A stretch of 64,000 bases of DNA from Euglena gracilis. Lineage: Eukaryota. How positions within the stretch are numbered: the first letter of the stretch is position 1; each line of letters starts with the position of its first letter. The stretch covers positions 22,518,954-22,582,953 of the forward strand of contig CP154954.1 in assembly GCA_039621445.1 (NCBI GenBank), written 5' to 3'. Positions 1 to 12,110 of the stretch are shown one piece after another. The notes under the pieces were generated by a model. It was not told where the DNA came from and ran no database searches. It saw nothing but the letters and a program-made list of their open reading frames with translations. The translations under genes were made by a program, and so were the position numbers.

Positions 1-287
1 GAGGCAAAATCGCCCCAGGAGAAGGAGGTGTGGTGTGGGTTGTGCGCCCGAGGTCAGGTAAGCAGGGGTGTCGCAGATTTTTTTTTTGCTGAAACATCTG
101 AGGGTGAGCTGCAATTTCTCAAGGCAAAACACTGTTGTATTCTCAAAAACGCCATCCGGCGTTGGTAGGAAATACAAAGTAAGAACATTGTGTTGAGTGT
201 TGTGGAGATCCTTTAGGGCTGTTATTATTTTCTTAAATAAGAAAGCAAGCACACTAAAAAGCAGTTGCCACTAATTCTGTCGCTCAC

Positions 288-306
288 CAAAACCCGCGAA
301 GCTCAG
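288..306 (-). CDS. Gene 1, 19-nt micro-exon (LSFAGF+G); the gene continues beyond the window start
   Basis: Pyrimidine tract + CAG acceptor (309-307), GTGAGC donor at 287; phase 0 entry matches exon 3059-2930. Confidence 0.5.
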
Positions 307-1155
307 CTGCATGAGTGGAGAGGGCGTGTTCCGTGGACAAGGGAAGGGAGGTAGCGAACTGCGCAAGAAACCACTGTGGGGCGACAAACCGGATAGTGCC
401 TGGGCACTATCCACAAACAGTGCAAGACATCGAGGAAAAGGAAGGGGAGCAAGGCCGTTTAGCACAAACCGGGCAAAAGTGGCGTCAATCCTTTGCCCTT
501 CCAAAGTATTGATCTCATGGCACCCACTCTGCAAAACCACTGGCCACAGAACCAGTCAGACCAATCCAACTGATAGACCCATCAGAACTGTTGGTTTGCC
601 GGATCGCTCTTTCCGAGATTCAAAGAACTGATGGCAATAATCATTTTAAACAATTACCCCTGCCCCTGCTCTGATCCTTGGATGTGTGTTTGGAGTGAAA
701 GTCAGCAAAGCATGGCAACGACAGTGACTGGATGCCCACAAGGCACAAACATGGCCTTCTTCGGAATGGGGCAGACTGTGACCTTTGTGTGCGGGTTATC
801 CGGTGGGGCCGTGCTTCACCGTGTAGAGTCTATTGAGGGTGGTGGCGGGGTTGTCGTACTTGTATGTAAACGGTGGGCTGCGAGGAAACCACACCCATTG
901 CAATTTGTTTCTAAGAACCAGCACCCCCCCCAAAAGACGGCGGTTTGCACACATATGATTTCCATCATAATTAATTTCAATGCACCAACTTCAAATAGTT
1001 GGTTAGTGGTCAATTATTGGTGGGTGGTGTCTCATCTCAGAATCTGGGAGGGTGGCAACTGTTTCATTGGTTGTGAGATGCCACATCGATTCGGGTAGGT
1101 TGTTGGCCCCGGGAAGAGGTGTAAAAAATGAAAAAAAAATATGGATAATTGTATA

Positions 1156-1855
1156 CTGTCATAGGAAAAAATAACATCCGGAAAAAATAACATCTGGAAA
1201 AAATAACATCTGAATAAATAACATCCAGAGAGGCTTGTCAAAAGGCACTTAAAGGTTATCTAGTTCCAGCGCTTCAGTCACCCGGACTGCGCCATTGTTT
1301 AGGTGGAGGGAGTGCAAGGCATTGCAAAAAAACTGGAGCGCACACCAGACATTTACCTACACCCCCCCACGAGTCATTGCCAGTTTCCCCCCCCCAGGAC
1401 CCCCACAGGACAGGGTCTTGGGGGGGGGGACTGGCCATAAATGCCCCCCACACACCCCACACTTGACCAGTGTCGGCTTAAGGCAGGTGGGAGGGTCGGA
1501 CTCCCCCCCCCGGTCCAGGAGGGGGGGGGTCGGGCATATATTGCAATAACTGGGTGATCCCAACACAAACAAATAGCATCTGGTATGAGAGTATCCAGAG
1601 CATAACCCATGAAACGGTACAGTCTTTACTTCAAAAAGGCAAGGATTGAATGCAAGCTTGATGGACAGCTTCGTCCTTTGGTAATGATTGTCACAGTCGT
1701 TCGTGTTCTTCATCCCACATCCTATCCACTTTATACATCTTATCTATTTTCGACTTATTTCTGGAGCAAATGAAGAAAAAATAACATCTGACTAAATAAC
1801 ATCTAAAAGCGGCTTAGATGTTATTTTTTCCGGATGTTATTTTTTCCTATGACAG
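1156..1855. mobile_element. TA-flanked (Tc1/mariner-type) MITE
   Basis: ~40-bp perfect TIR CTGTCATAGGAAAAAATAACATCCGG…, TA on both sides. Confidence 0.8.
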
Positions 1856-2929
1856 TACCCAGAAAAGCAAAAGCTGCTTTCACAAGGCATTTTAAACATT
1901 TCTGTCAACAACAAATAATGGGCCTGGTTTTTTTTGGTGCTTCTTCTTTATTTCTCCCACCCAGGGGGTATAAAAATAAAATTTTTAGAGGTTATCAGCA
2001 AGGATATGAACATTAAAAAACTTGTTCCGAACAAATGTGGTTCGGAATCTGCCAAAAAAAATCGGGAGAAATTGTTGCAGTCGTTCCCGATACCCTGCAC
2101 AGGGCTCCCCTGCACAAGCCTTGGGGGGACGTCAGACCCCCCTGCTCTCACATTGAACTCTGCCCCCCCCCCCCCCGGTCGACAAGAGGAATACCCACCC
2201 TTCTTATCATTCAGCTTGCTTTGGAGCTCAACTGAATAAACCTGATCTCACTGACTCGATAAGCCAGCAAAATTTATCAGCGAAATAAATCGATCCGGAA
2301 GCAACTTTGAGTTCCAGCATCATTACACCATCTACCCCAAACATCAAAAAACAAATTTTTTTGGCTCCGTAATTCCAGCCCGTTTGAGCCCAAGGTTGCC
2401 CCCCCATTGCTTGCCCTTTGGGCAAGGGGCACCCTCAAGGGGTGGCTTAAAAAGAAATAGGTCCCTTACATGCTGCCCTGGTTATGCGGTTCGGAACTGG
2501 AAACCTTCCATGCCATGCCCTTTGCCGTACCGGGCTTACATGGCTCCTGACCGAACCCACACCCAGTTCCTCATGTACAGGCAATTGCCATCCGAAGTTG
2601 GCCAGGACTGGGGGCACTGATGGTACGGGCAGCACAAGCTTTGCGGAAAGGCAAATAAAAACAGACCTGAATTAGGCAAAGTTTGTGCCTATTGTGACCC
2701 TGCCCTGCTCCTGAGGAATTGGCACCGACAGTTTTTTCTTGGACCCGGTCGGCCGGGAGGGGGGCTCAGGGGACCCACTGTTGGGCGTGATCGTTTCAGG
2801 TTTTGAGCCCCAAATAGAGGACCCCCCCCCACGATGCCCCCCATCGCTGCCTCCCTCCCACCCACTTGGCCCCTGAACCTTCCTCGGCCCAACGGGTAGC
2901 GGGGCATACGCCACACGGCGGCGGGGCAC

Positions 2930-3059
2930 CGCGGCCTCGGCCCTCTTGGACGTCACCGCCATGTGCGTGTCCAGCACGCGGCTGGGGCCGGCGGTGGGCC
3001 GGAAGTGGGCGGCCCCGGCCGGGGCGGACCTCGCCTCCGCAGCGCCGCGGAGAATCGGC
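2930..3059 (-). CDS. Gene 1 exon (PILRGAAEARSAPAGAAHFRPTAGPSRVLDTHMAVTSKRAEAA)
   Basis: ctcctccccctccacag acceptor, GTGCCC donor, GC3-rich codons; phase 2 entry matches the preceding exon. Confidence 0.75.
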
Positions 3060-3721
3060 CTGTGGAGGGGGAGGAGGGTCACACACGTCACGTGTGACGG
3101 GGAGGCATATGGCGCGGGGAAATCATCCAATCACACAACCCTGCATGACCGCAACTCGCGCCTTGCGCCACCCCTCCGGAGGAATCGGGAGCAACAACTG
3201 CAGGTGGGTTGGGACGGAAAGACTGGGACAACGTGAGATGGACTCCCCTCCCTGTCCTGCTGTTCCCAGTGAGAAGGCAGGGGACGGAGAAAAGAGTTAT
3301 GTCCCTGAGACCTTTTTTACTTTTGAGGAAAAAAAAACAATCCATATCACCACTTCTGAGGAATGTAATATAATAATAATGGTTAATAGCAACAACGAAA
3401 GAGTTGAATAATAATATAAATACTTAATTATAACATTCCATTTCTTTCAACATTCCATTTTCTTGATTGAAGAGGTTGGCTGGTTTTGATTCACGAGTCC
3501 CACTGCGGTATAATTTCACAAATGCAAACATCATCAGATCAAGAAATACGAACCATGCCTTTTGTTGGTGGCTGAAAAAACGTTTGTTTGGGATAATTAT
3601 AAACTGGGAACAATGCAAATGGTGGCACCCTGCACGTTTGTTTCACCAGGAGCTGAGTTCGGAGCATTTTTTTTTTGCTGACCTCCACCAAAGCCACCAC
3701 CACATTGAGGGGGCACGACAC

Positions 3722-3793
3722 CGGGAGAGGCTGCTCTGCCCCGGCAGCGTTCCGGACAGCAACTCCTCCATGCGCAGCGACGATTCCATCTCG
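3722..3793 (-). CDS. Gene 1 exon (EMESSLRMEELLSGTLPGQSSLS)
   Basis: tccctccctccccccag acceptor, GTGTCG donor; phase 2 to 2, consistent with both neighbours. Confidence 0.75.
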
Positions 3794-4062
3794 CTGGGGG
3801 GAGGGAGGGACCACAAACTCCAGTGCAACGCTGATGCAGCACACCATACCCCTGGGGCTGATTTGCCAAATGAGAAACAGGGGAAGAACACAAGTCATCA
3901 AAAGCAAAACCACTCGTTGCTCTTCCCTTTGGAGGGAAAATCAAATGAAATGTGTTTGGGGACGATGATGACATTCAAAAAAGAGGTTATGGCAGGAGTA
4001 GTCAGTGAGAAAGGCCGCCGATCACGCAGTCAGGTAACAGCCAGGCATGGGACGCCAGCCAC

Positions 4063-4136
4063 CTGCTCCCCAGCATTTCGGTGCCTCCGAGGGACAGCTG
4101 CTGCCAGACGGTGAAAAGATGGTGCTGCTCGAAAAG
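4063..4136 (-). CDS. Gene 1 exon (LFEQHHLFTVWQQLSLGGTEMLGS)
   Basis: catctcgcag acceptor, AG|GTGGCT donor; phase 0 to 2. Confidence 0.75.
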
Positions 4137-4893
4137 CTGCGAGATGGCGCAACAAAACGCTCGTGATGACATTTTTTTCTTGACTGCAATGCTTGCACTT
4201 AAGATTAATTCTAAAAACATGAAACAAATGGTGGCCACAGTTGACGTTTTGGTTTTCCAAAAATTTTTGTTTCTTTTTTCTTGTTTCTTGCTTTTTTTTA
4301 TAAAAAAGGCAAAAATGCTAAAAACAAAGGCAAAAATGATAATCCTAAAAATGCCTTGATTGCAAGGTTTAACCTGATGTAAATCAAAATGACTTGTATT
4401 ACATGAAAAAATAAGCAAAATCACCAAGAAGGTTCCATTTTGCCATTTTTCTTGCTTGAGACCATTCCAAATCTCCTAAAATGTTTTTTTTTTGCACCAG
4501 ACCCTCAAAGAAGTTTTTACAGCAACAAAACACAATATTTTGAAAACATTTATTTGAGGTTGTTTTTTGAATGCGTTTATTTGAATTTTTCTAAAAATAA
4601 CTAAAAATAACGTGCCAGCTGTGATGGTAACCCACCCAAAGCAGTGAAAAAAACTCAGATCCAACAACCCATATGATCCAATTCAGACACACAAACACAA
4701 ACACCCCCCCCCACAATCATCCAAGACAACAAAAACTCTCAACCAGCCCGCCCGACTCCGACCGACCGAATGACCTTTGCACTGGCCACCAGGTGGGGCT
4801 GCGATTAAGCAAACCAACCCCCCCCCCCCGTTAGAAAACCACAATGGGTGGGCCACATTGGCGAGGAATGAATCCACGAGGCCGACCCCTCTC

Positions 4894-4894
4894 C

Positions 4895-4952
<58 letters not shown>

Positions 4953-4970
4953 GCAACAACAACAACAACA
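4894..4970. repeat. (CAA)n microsatellite, intronic
   Basis: Seen directly. Confidence 0.95.
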
Positions 4971-4993
4971 AGAACATAACCAAAAAAGAGCAC

Positions 4994-5056
4994 CTCGTTC
5001 TGCAACCGCCTGTCTTCGGACCGCCATCGCCGCTGGGCAGCCTCGGCGAACAGACT
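4994..5056 (-). CDS. Gene 1 exon (SLFAEAAQRRWRSEDRRLQNE)
   Basis: (CCCT)n tract + ggcag acceptor, GAG|GTGCTC donor; completes the motif AVHE-SLFAEA. Confidence 0.8.
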
Positions 5057-5307
5057 CTGCCACAGTGCAGGAGGGAGGGAGGGAGGGAGGGGAGGGAATG
5101 GGCTGCACCACGGCGGTTGGCACAAAGAGAAGACTGCTTCATTCGCCCCCCCCCCCCGCTGTTCCCACAAGACGCGGGGAAAGCAATAGGGTCCATCTAA
5201 TGCACACCCCAAAAACTGCAAAACAACACAAGTGCCTTCAGAGCCTCCAGTGGTGCACAGCAGGTATCTTAGGCGGTCTAACTCGCACTTCGCTTTGAGA
5301 GAGTTAT

Positions 5308-5585
5308 TTTACGCCAGGGCACAATAGAAATACAAAATTAAAAATTCTAAAGGACTGCGGCTGTTGCGCTGAAATGCAGTACAACTGATCTCGCAACAGA
5401 GGGAGAAAACGCCCCTGGTAGAGTATGAACACCACAGGGGATAGAGCACAAAATGTTGGACAGGTGGATGGAAGCCTTCTCTCGCTCACGTTGTTTTGAA
5501 ATTGGGCCAACAATGCGCATCGGTGCAACAGTCACGCTGCTTTAGAATTTTAAAAATTGTATTTCTATTGCACCGTGGCGCAATA
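5308..5585. mobile_element. Foldback MITE with ~70-bp imperfect TIRs
   Basis: CAATAGAAATACAA…AAAATTCTAAAG versus CTTTAGAATTTT…TTGTATTTCTATTG. Confidence 0.6.
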
Positions 5586-6412
5586 CGACTCTTAAATTTC
5601 CATTCTACATAAGCCTGCCATTCAACAATGATGCAACGGTTACCAATTTTAAATTTCTTATTTTAATCACTGTGGGTGGTGAGAGCAGTCCTGAGCCTCA
5701 GTGACGTTGTACTCAGTGCTGGGTGTTGGGGTTTTTGGGATGATGACAGGAAGACCTGATTCGACTGAGCCATGCCCTCCATCTGCCCAGTGTGATGTAG
5801 CTGTCTGGTGGGTTGCAAATTACTGAAAAAAGATGTGCCAGGTTCCAGTCGCTCATACCCAAAGTTGTGTGTTTCAAATCCTGGGTGATAAAAGGTGGGT
5901 GGCAAGCTTTTTTAAGAACAGTTTTTGGGTGCCCAAAGCTGTTTCCTTGGCTGTGATTTTAAGGGTTCATCTGGAACCTGTTCTTTTTTAAACATAAATT
6001 TTCTCACTTTCAAATTTGGCCAAAAAGAAGGGCCCCTGCTCAGGGAAGGCTGAAAGGGCCCATGCTGAACTGCAAAGCAAGTGGGAGGAACCTCCGGCAT
6101 TGTCATTTGGGCTCACAACGGACATGTCTGGATATGAAGGAGTTGGTGGGCGCATTCACACACCAGGCGGTTGGTTTCCTGTCCCAGGCAAGGGTTTCCT
6201 CCACCGTAGCTCTGTCCGCTCTGGTGATGAGATGCTTCCAGCCTACAGCCTACCGCCCATGATTCGTCTTATTGGAACGGCCCCTCCCTCCCCAGTGCTT
6301 GAATAATTCAGAATCACCCAGCTTCTGGCACAGCAGCGCTCAAACCCCATTCGTCATTCTCTTCAATCCACCACCTTCTCCCACAGCACGCACGCATTCA
6401 AATACATCTGCA

Positions 6413-6762
6413 ATGTATAACGGAAGCCCCATAGCTTATGGGAGTCCCTCTGATGTGTTACGGTGCGTCGGGGGGCCCTCTGTGCACGGCCAGTGTGTGG
6501 GCTTGACGAAGAAATACATTGCGCCCAAATTGAAGCCGAAACGCAATGTACATGCCTATACAATGCATTGCTTGTTTATTCAGATTACACGTTAGCCATG
6601 TGTTTGCACTTCTCATTATTTTGTATGGCTATTGCGCGCTGGCACATACATTTCCTCACCAAGCCCACACACTGGCCGTAGAGGGTCCCCCGACACACCG
6701 TAACACATCAAAAAGACTCCCATAAACGCTATAAACTCTGGGGCTTCCATTGTGTCTTACAT
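6413..6762. mobile_element. Foldback MITE with ~100-bp imperfect TIRs
   Basis: ACGGCCAGTGTGTGGGCTTG versus CAAGCCCACACACTGGCCGT, plus further paired blocks. Confidence 0.6.
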
Positions 6763-8698
6763 TGGGTTACACATTGTGCACACGCGCAACAGTTATCCAT
6801 TGCGCGTAAGCGCAACGTCCATAACCATTGCCTTCGATGCCTGGCAGTGTCGGGCCTGGTGTTCCTCACCAGACGTTCGGACAAGACCCTGGGCTTGCCC
6901 TCAATCCCCAACCACTCCACTTGGGTGGTTTCTGCTGTACCGCTCCTTGCGTTTCAAGCACCCAGGGCTCACAACCTGGCACGCCGTTTCCCCAACTTTT
7001 CACAACATATGTAGACAGCAGGCAACCCTTCACGGACATATCGCAGAGCCTAAAAAGCAACAAAAAGGGCAAAAAATTCACCAGTTTGTGTGGCACCATC
7101 TGGGAACACAATCAAGGCTTCACAAACGAGGGACTCACAATGGGGGTTTTGGCACTGTTTTGGGAAAATTCACGTGTCCCAGAGTTCAAACCCAGGGTTT
7201 TAAACCTTTTTAAAGATGGTGCACAGGCTGAAAAACACCAAAATTGGGCCGGTTCACTGGGTCCCAGCGTCGACAAATGATGCACATGCCACCGTGGAGG
7301 GTCTCCGTGGAACCAGAGGGTCAAAAGGGTGGGTTTCACCGCCGGGTTTCAAAAAGATTGCAACAAATGCGGGTTAGGCCGGATGAGATTATATATAGAA
7401 ATGTACAGAAATATATGCAACCATGTGTATATGTCAACCTTCGTATTAACAGTTTGCAGTCCCCAGGATGGCTCGACTGTAGTTAGTCCAAGGCTCTGCA
7501 GAAGGGCACCCCCAGAGAGCAGTTAAAAGAAGTTTTGTGTCTTCAATCTTTCCCCTTGTGACTCAAAAATATCCAAATAAAATGGGCAGTTCTTAACCAC
7601 TGGGCACTCCCGGGGGGACCAGTAGTTAAACATGGGGCGTTCACTTTGTTAAATGCAACCTGATGGGGGGTTCAACAGCACTTTTTAGGTGTTTTCCGTT
7701 ATTTTAGGGACAGGGATTAGGGTTACAACTGCCGTTCGGAAACGGACCAGGGTCAGGGTCAGGCCCAAAGTTAGGAGGTCATGCCGAAATTCACGCCTAA
7801 TTTGGACCTAATTTTGGGGCTAACTGGGTCCTAAATCCTAACCCCAACCTGAACCGGAACCCCACCCCTCACCCCACGGGGAGTGGTACTTCGTACTATT
7901 GGGTCTGGAACCACTTCTTAAACGTGCACTTAACGTAATGGACCTTCCCCTCGTTTAGCCACTAGGCCCCCTTGGGGGGCCAGTAGTTAAAAGCTGCCAC
8001 CAAATAATTGACCAAATGTACAACCCACACTGATAATGCACAAATATGACATTTGGCTGAAGCGCAGCACTGAGCGAAAAAAAATCCCCTCCGAAAGGTC
8101 CAATTTTTTCCAAAAAAGCGTCAGATTTTTTTTAAAAAATTGCCTGCTCAAAAAAAAAACAGGGAGGGAACTTTTTTGACCTTTTGGAATTCAAAGGAAC
8201 CCTGGAGTGGGGGGGTGCGCCACACCTGACCTGGAAAAAAAAGTGTCTCAAAAAAATACCTTGGGCTCTGCTTTTGCTGATCTTCCCTGAAGAGAATTTA
8301 AATTGAATGAATCGAGAATGAATGAAATTTCGTGTTTTGCCCTCGGCGTCCGATTCTTCCCATCCGCTGGGGGCCCGACAACCTTTCCTTTCAACCTGTT
8401 AATCCCGACACACAAAGAATTCAGGTACGTCACACCCCCCCCCCCCAAATAACCTGGCGGGGTGCCAGGTTATCCGAACCAACTTTTGGCCCTGCCCCCC
8501 TGCCAGGTTATTTGGGCTCTTTTTCAGCGCGTAAAGGAATTTTACCTTGAAAAAGGGAGTGTTAAGTCACTGGAACCATCTTTTTTGCCCCCCCCCCCGC
8601 CAAGTTATTCGGCCACTGCCAGGAGCAAGGGCCCCGCCGGGTTATTTGGGGGGGTTTGCACCAACAGACAGACGGGTGCGTGCAGAAAGTAAGCGCAC

Positions 8699-8832
8699 CT
8701 CGTGGACGGCGGTGCTGCGGGGCCGCCGTCCCTTCGCCAGGTCCGCGCTGCGCTTGTCGAGGGCGGGGCTGAACGGGTACTCCACCACCTTGGGCGGTGG
8801 CACCGGCTGCTTCGCCCGCGTGTACCGGGGCT
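8699..8832 (-). CDS. Gene 1 exon (PRYTRAKQPVPPPKVVEYPFSPALDKRSADLAKGRRPRSTAVHE)
   Basis: gccccag acceptor, GAG|GTGCGC donor, strong GC3 bias; phase 1 to 0. Confidence 0.85.
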
Positions 8833-9171
8833 CTGGGGCACGGCCCGAGACCCACGACCCAAACACAACCCAGAGTGTTCAGACACACATAAACAGGATT
8901 GACAATTAATTCCAATCCCCCAACCCAACTTACAGGCTGGTATCAGGGCTCTGCCAAATGGCAGGTCGGCCAATAATAGGACTTCGGACCCTGACAGTCT
9001 CCGCTGTTGAGCTGTCAAACCTGACTGGCTTGTTTGGAGTTTGACAACTCCCCGCAGGTGCGTGTGTGTGCGCGCGTGCGTGTGAGCGTGCGTGTGCGCG
9101 TGACAAATTGATCAACACTGAACCGCGCATGAAATGCAAAACCGGACGCCGGCAATTGCTGGGGGCCGGAC

Positions 9172-9313
9172 CTCCGTTGGCCTGGATGGGGTTGACGCGC
9201 TGGGCCAGGGCACTGATCTGTGGCTTCCACGTCGCCCCCTTCAGCCGCTCCCTCTCCTCCTTGTCCCGCACCAGCTGCAGGTCCGCCGCCCGCTGGCGCT
9301 CCCTCTCCCGGCC
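9172..9313 (-). CDS. Gene 1 exon (GRERERQRAADLQLVRDKEERERLKGATWKPQISALAQRVNPIQANG)
   Basis: caccccag acceptor, G|GTCCGG donor; coiled-coil-like sequence plus the TWKPQI motif; phase 0 to 1. Confidence 0.85.
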
Positions 9314-10908
9314 CTGGGGTGGCCGGGGGAGGGAGCGCTGGGCCGTGTGCTCCAGACCAGATGGGCGCGTCCACCCCGATGCCAGGTTGCACACGCCAGT
9401 CGAGAGGGCAACTTCGCCCACCGCAAAACAATCAGAAATTCCGCAACTTTTTTTTCTATCGGGGTGGATGTTGTGCAATATGTGCGAGAGCCCTGTGAAA
9501 TCGCTGAGTGATGCCTAAGCCCCCCACTTCTGAAGCTCCCGAGGTTTACAGCATCAGGTTTGGCTGGCCAGCCGAAGGGGGGGGGGTGCAAATGGGGGGG
9601 GGGTATATAAATTGTTGGTCAAACCTGACCTCCCAAATGATTCCCACCCCCAAATTGGCAATTTTTGGCGAAATTTGTCAAAAAAGCATTTTTGATGATG
9701 GTCGGTCACAAAAAAAAAAAGCCAAAATCAATTTTTAGGAGTTTTGGTTTGGAATCCTGATCGCAAATTAATTGTCTAAAACCGCCACAAAATGAAATTT
9801 TTGGGGGATTTTCCCGTCTTGTTGAGCGGGCATTCTCCAAGGGGGGAAATTACACTTGGTTGCCAGATTAAACCCCTCCTAAGTTGTATTGGGGGAGGGG
9901 TTGCATTTTGTGTTTTATAAAATACCCTAAATATCTTTAATCTTCTTTCCAATTATTTTAATATTTTTTTTAATTGACATACATGCACATTTACGTAAAA
10001 TGGAGCATTAGTTTCATCATTGGGACCCTTGGGGGTCCAGTGGAATGTGGGGTGGGCATCCTCCGCTGATTTTTTTTTGCATATTCTATTCTAATTCTGG
10101 CTTCTGCTTTTGTGTGGGAGAATTGTAGCCAAACCTCAACATACAGCATGCTGCCGTAATTCGGGCACTCCGAGACAGGCACCAAAAGCAGTGGCCAAGC
10201 AAAAGAGCCAACTCTGACGCCCTGAAATCGCTTGCTCTGTGTCTCCAACTACATCGGGGGGGGGGGAAGCATGGACCCTCGAAAAATGCGACAAAAAAAG
10301 GGGGGGAAACCGTAAAAAAAACTAGGAATAAACTCAAAGACATGCCATTGCAGGTGAAACCTTTCTTTTCTGCTGGAGCGACTTGGAAAAATCTTCACAT
10401 TCTCTGGGAAAAAATTCATCATACCATATTTTGCTGTCTTTTGATCAGATTTTGGGAACACCATGATTCCAAAAGTATGCAATGTGTTGCAGCAAATACA
10501 AAATCGAAAAAAAAAATTAAAAAAAAGTTCGGTCTTAGGGAAAAACTGGTGCCAAAATATGGAATTCTTCCAAATCAACAATATTCCCAGTTGAAATTTG
10601 AAAATTTTCCAGCATGAAAAAAGCCCAAAAAGAACCGCAAATTTAGCCAAAATTGAAGGACACAAAATGGGGGAAAAACCAAGTGCATTTGCACTCCTCC
10701 CCCCGCCTCACTCGATAGGCTGGACTCCCAAACCAGCCAAGAAGTGCCCTGAGACCCTCCTATAAATATGACAATGAACGATGGTTACTGGAGGAAAGCA
10801 GAAAAGTTGCCAGCCCGCACTGCAGCGAACCCTCCCCGGCCGCGCACCGCACCCGAAACCTGCCTCCCACCTGTCCCAAAGCCCTCAAGTCCCCTTCTCT
10901 TTGGGGGC

Positions 10909-11040
10909 CTGGCCGAGGCTCAGCATCTTCTTCCCCCGGTTCCGCACCAGGTTGCGGCCGGTCTCCGACAGCGTCACGGCGGGCTTTGCCAGCGCCTTGA
11001 TCTGCTCCTGCCGCTTCTGCATCACGTGCTCCACCGTCTC
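10909..11040 (-). CDS. Gene 1 exon (ETVEHVMQKRQEQIKALAKPAVTLSETGRNLVRNRGKKMLSLGQ), GC donor
   Basis: ccttcctccaccccag acceptor; CAG|GCCCCC donor is needed to avoid the TGA at 10887-10885 and to keep phase 0. Confidence 0.8.
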
Positions 11041-12110
11041 CTGGGGTGGAGGAAGGCAGGGGATACATGTGGCCGACAAGAACGACAACGTGGACCCTCA
11101 AAATACCCGGCAAAAAAAAGAGGAAAAAAGCCCCGCAAGAGCAACTTGGATTCCATAAAGATTCATAAATGTGGTTTCTTGTAATTGTAATTTATTCCCA
11201 AAATTCCCATTTGCCGAAAATGACCAAAACCCGACGAAAAAAGTGGCCACAAATGAAAATTTGGTCCAAAAATGCGGGATGCTCCTAATCGACATCATTT
11301 CCCAACAGAAGAAAATACAAATTCTGCCAAAATTGAACAAAAAAACAAAGTTTTGCGGATTATGCCTCACATCGCGTCTGTGTAAACGCAAGCTGCCAAA
11401 CTGCCTTGACTCCTTTGGCAAAGAAACCATCTTGAAAGGTTCCATTTTTTGATTCAGACAATCTCAAACGGGGGGGGGGGGGGGTGGGGGGTTGATGAGC
11501 AAGGTGGGAAGTCAGCAAGATGGAAATTTTGGGTGTCTATTTCCAAAGTTTTGTCCATTCAACCTGCAAATTGTGTTCTTGTTAGATTTGAAATCAGTTA
11601 ATATGAAATGCTAGTTTTAACCCTGTTTTGGCTATCAATTTTTAATTTTTTTGTCGTTCTGCGGTGCAAATCATTTTTCAAAAGAAGTGTAAAAGGCGCA
11701 GGTTGGTATGTTTTAAGAAATCTTTCGATGTGTTGTATTTTTGGGTCGCTTTTTTCCCGTCAGGTTTCTTTGGTTGTCTCCCTTCTCTGTGGCTGTAAAT
11801 CCACAGAATTTCTTTGGTGCAATGGGTTCTATGAAGGGGGGTTGTCGTGTGCCTCCGTTAACTCACGCAGGGAGGGGGAAAAATATGCACCATGCAGTTT
11901 TTGCATTTTTTTTCAGTTTCACGTTTTGGTTTTTTTTTGCAGTTTTTTTGCAGTTTTTTTTTTCTGAAAAGAACTGCCCATGTGCAGTTTTCTGTTTGGG
12001 TTTTCGGGAGACCCGAGGGTGTTTATGTTAAGGTTCTTGAGCCTTGCTAAGCCGGATAACACGTTTGATGGGTGTTTCTCAAGAGAACACATCATCAAAT
12101 CATGTCGTTG

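Noticed and set aside
1-64. Plus-strand CAG|GTAAGC donor
   Set aside because: No supporting plus-strand gene; it lies in a gene 1 intron at the window edge
4683-5298. polyQ/polyN/polyC ORFs
   Set aside because: Translations of an intronic (CAA)n; the real exon is only 5056-4994 on the minus strand
8944-9495. CAGGGCTCT inverted repeat flanking exon 9313-9172 (possible exon capture)
   Set aside because: Only 9 bp and no TSD (GCTGGTAT versus TGAAATCG)
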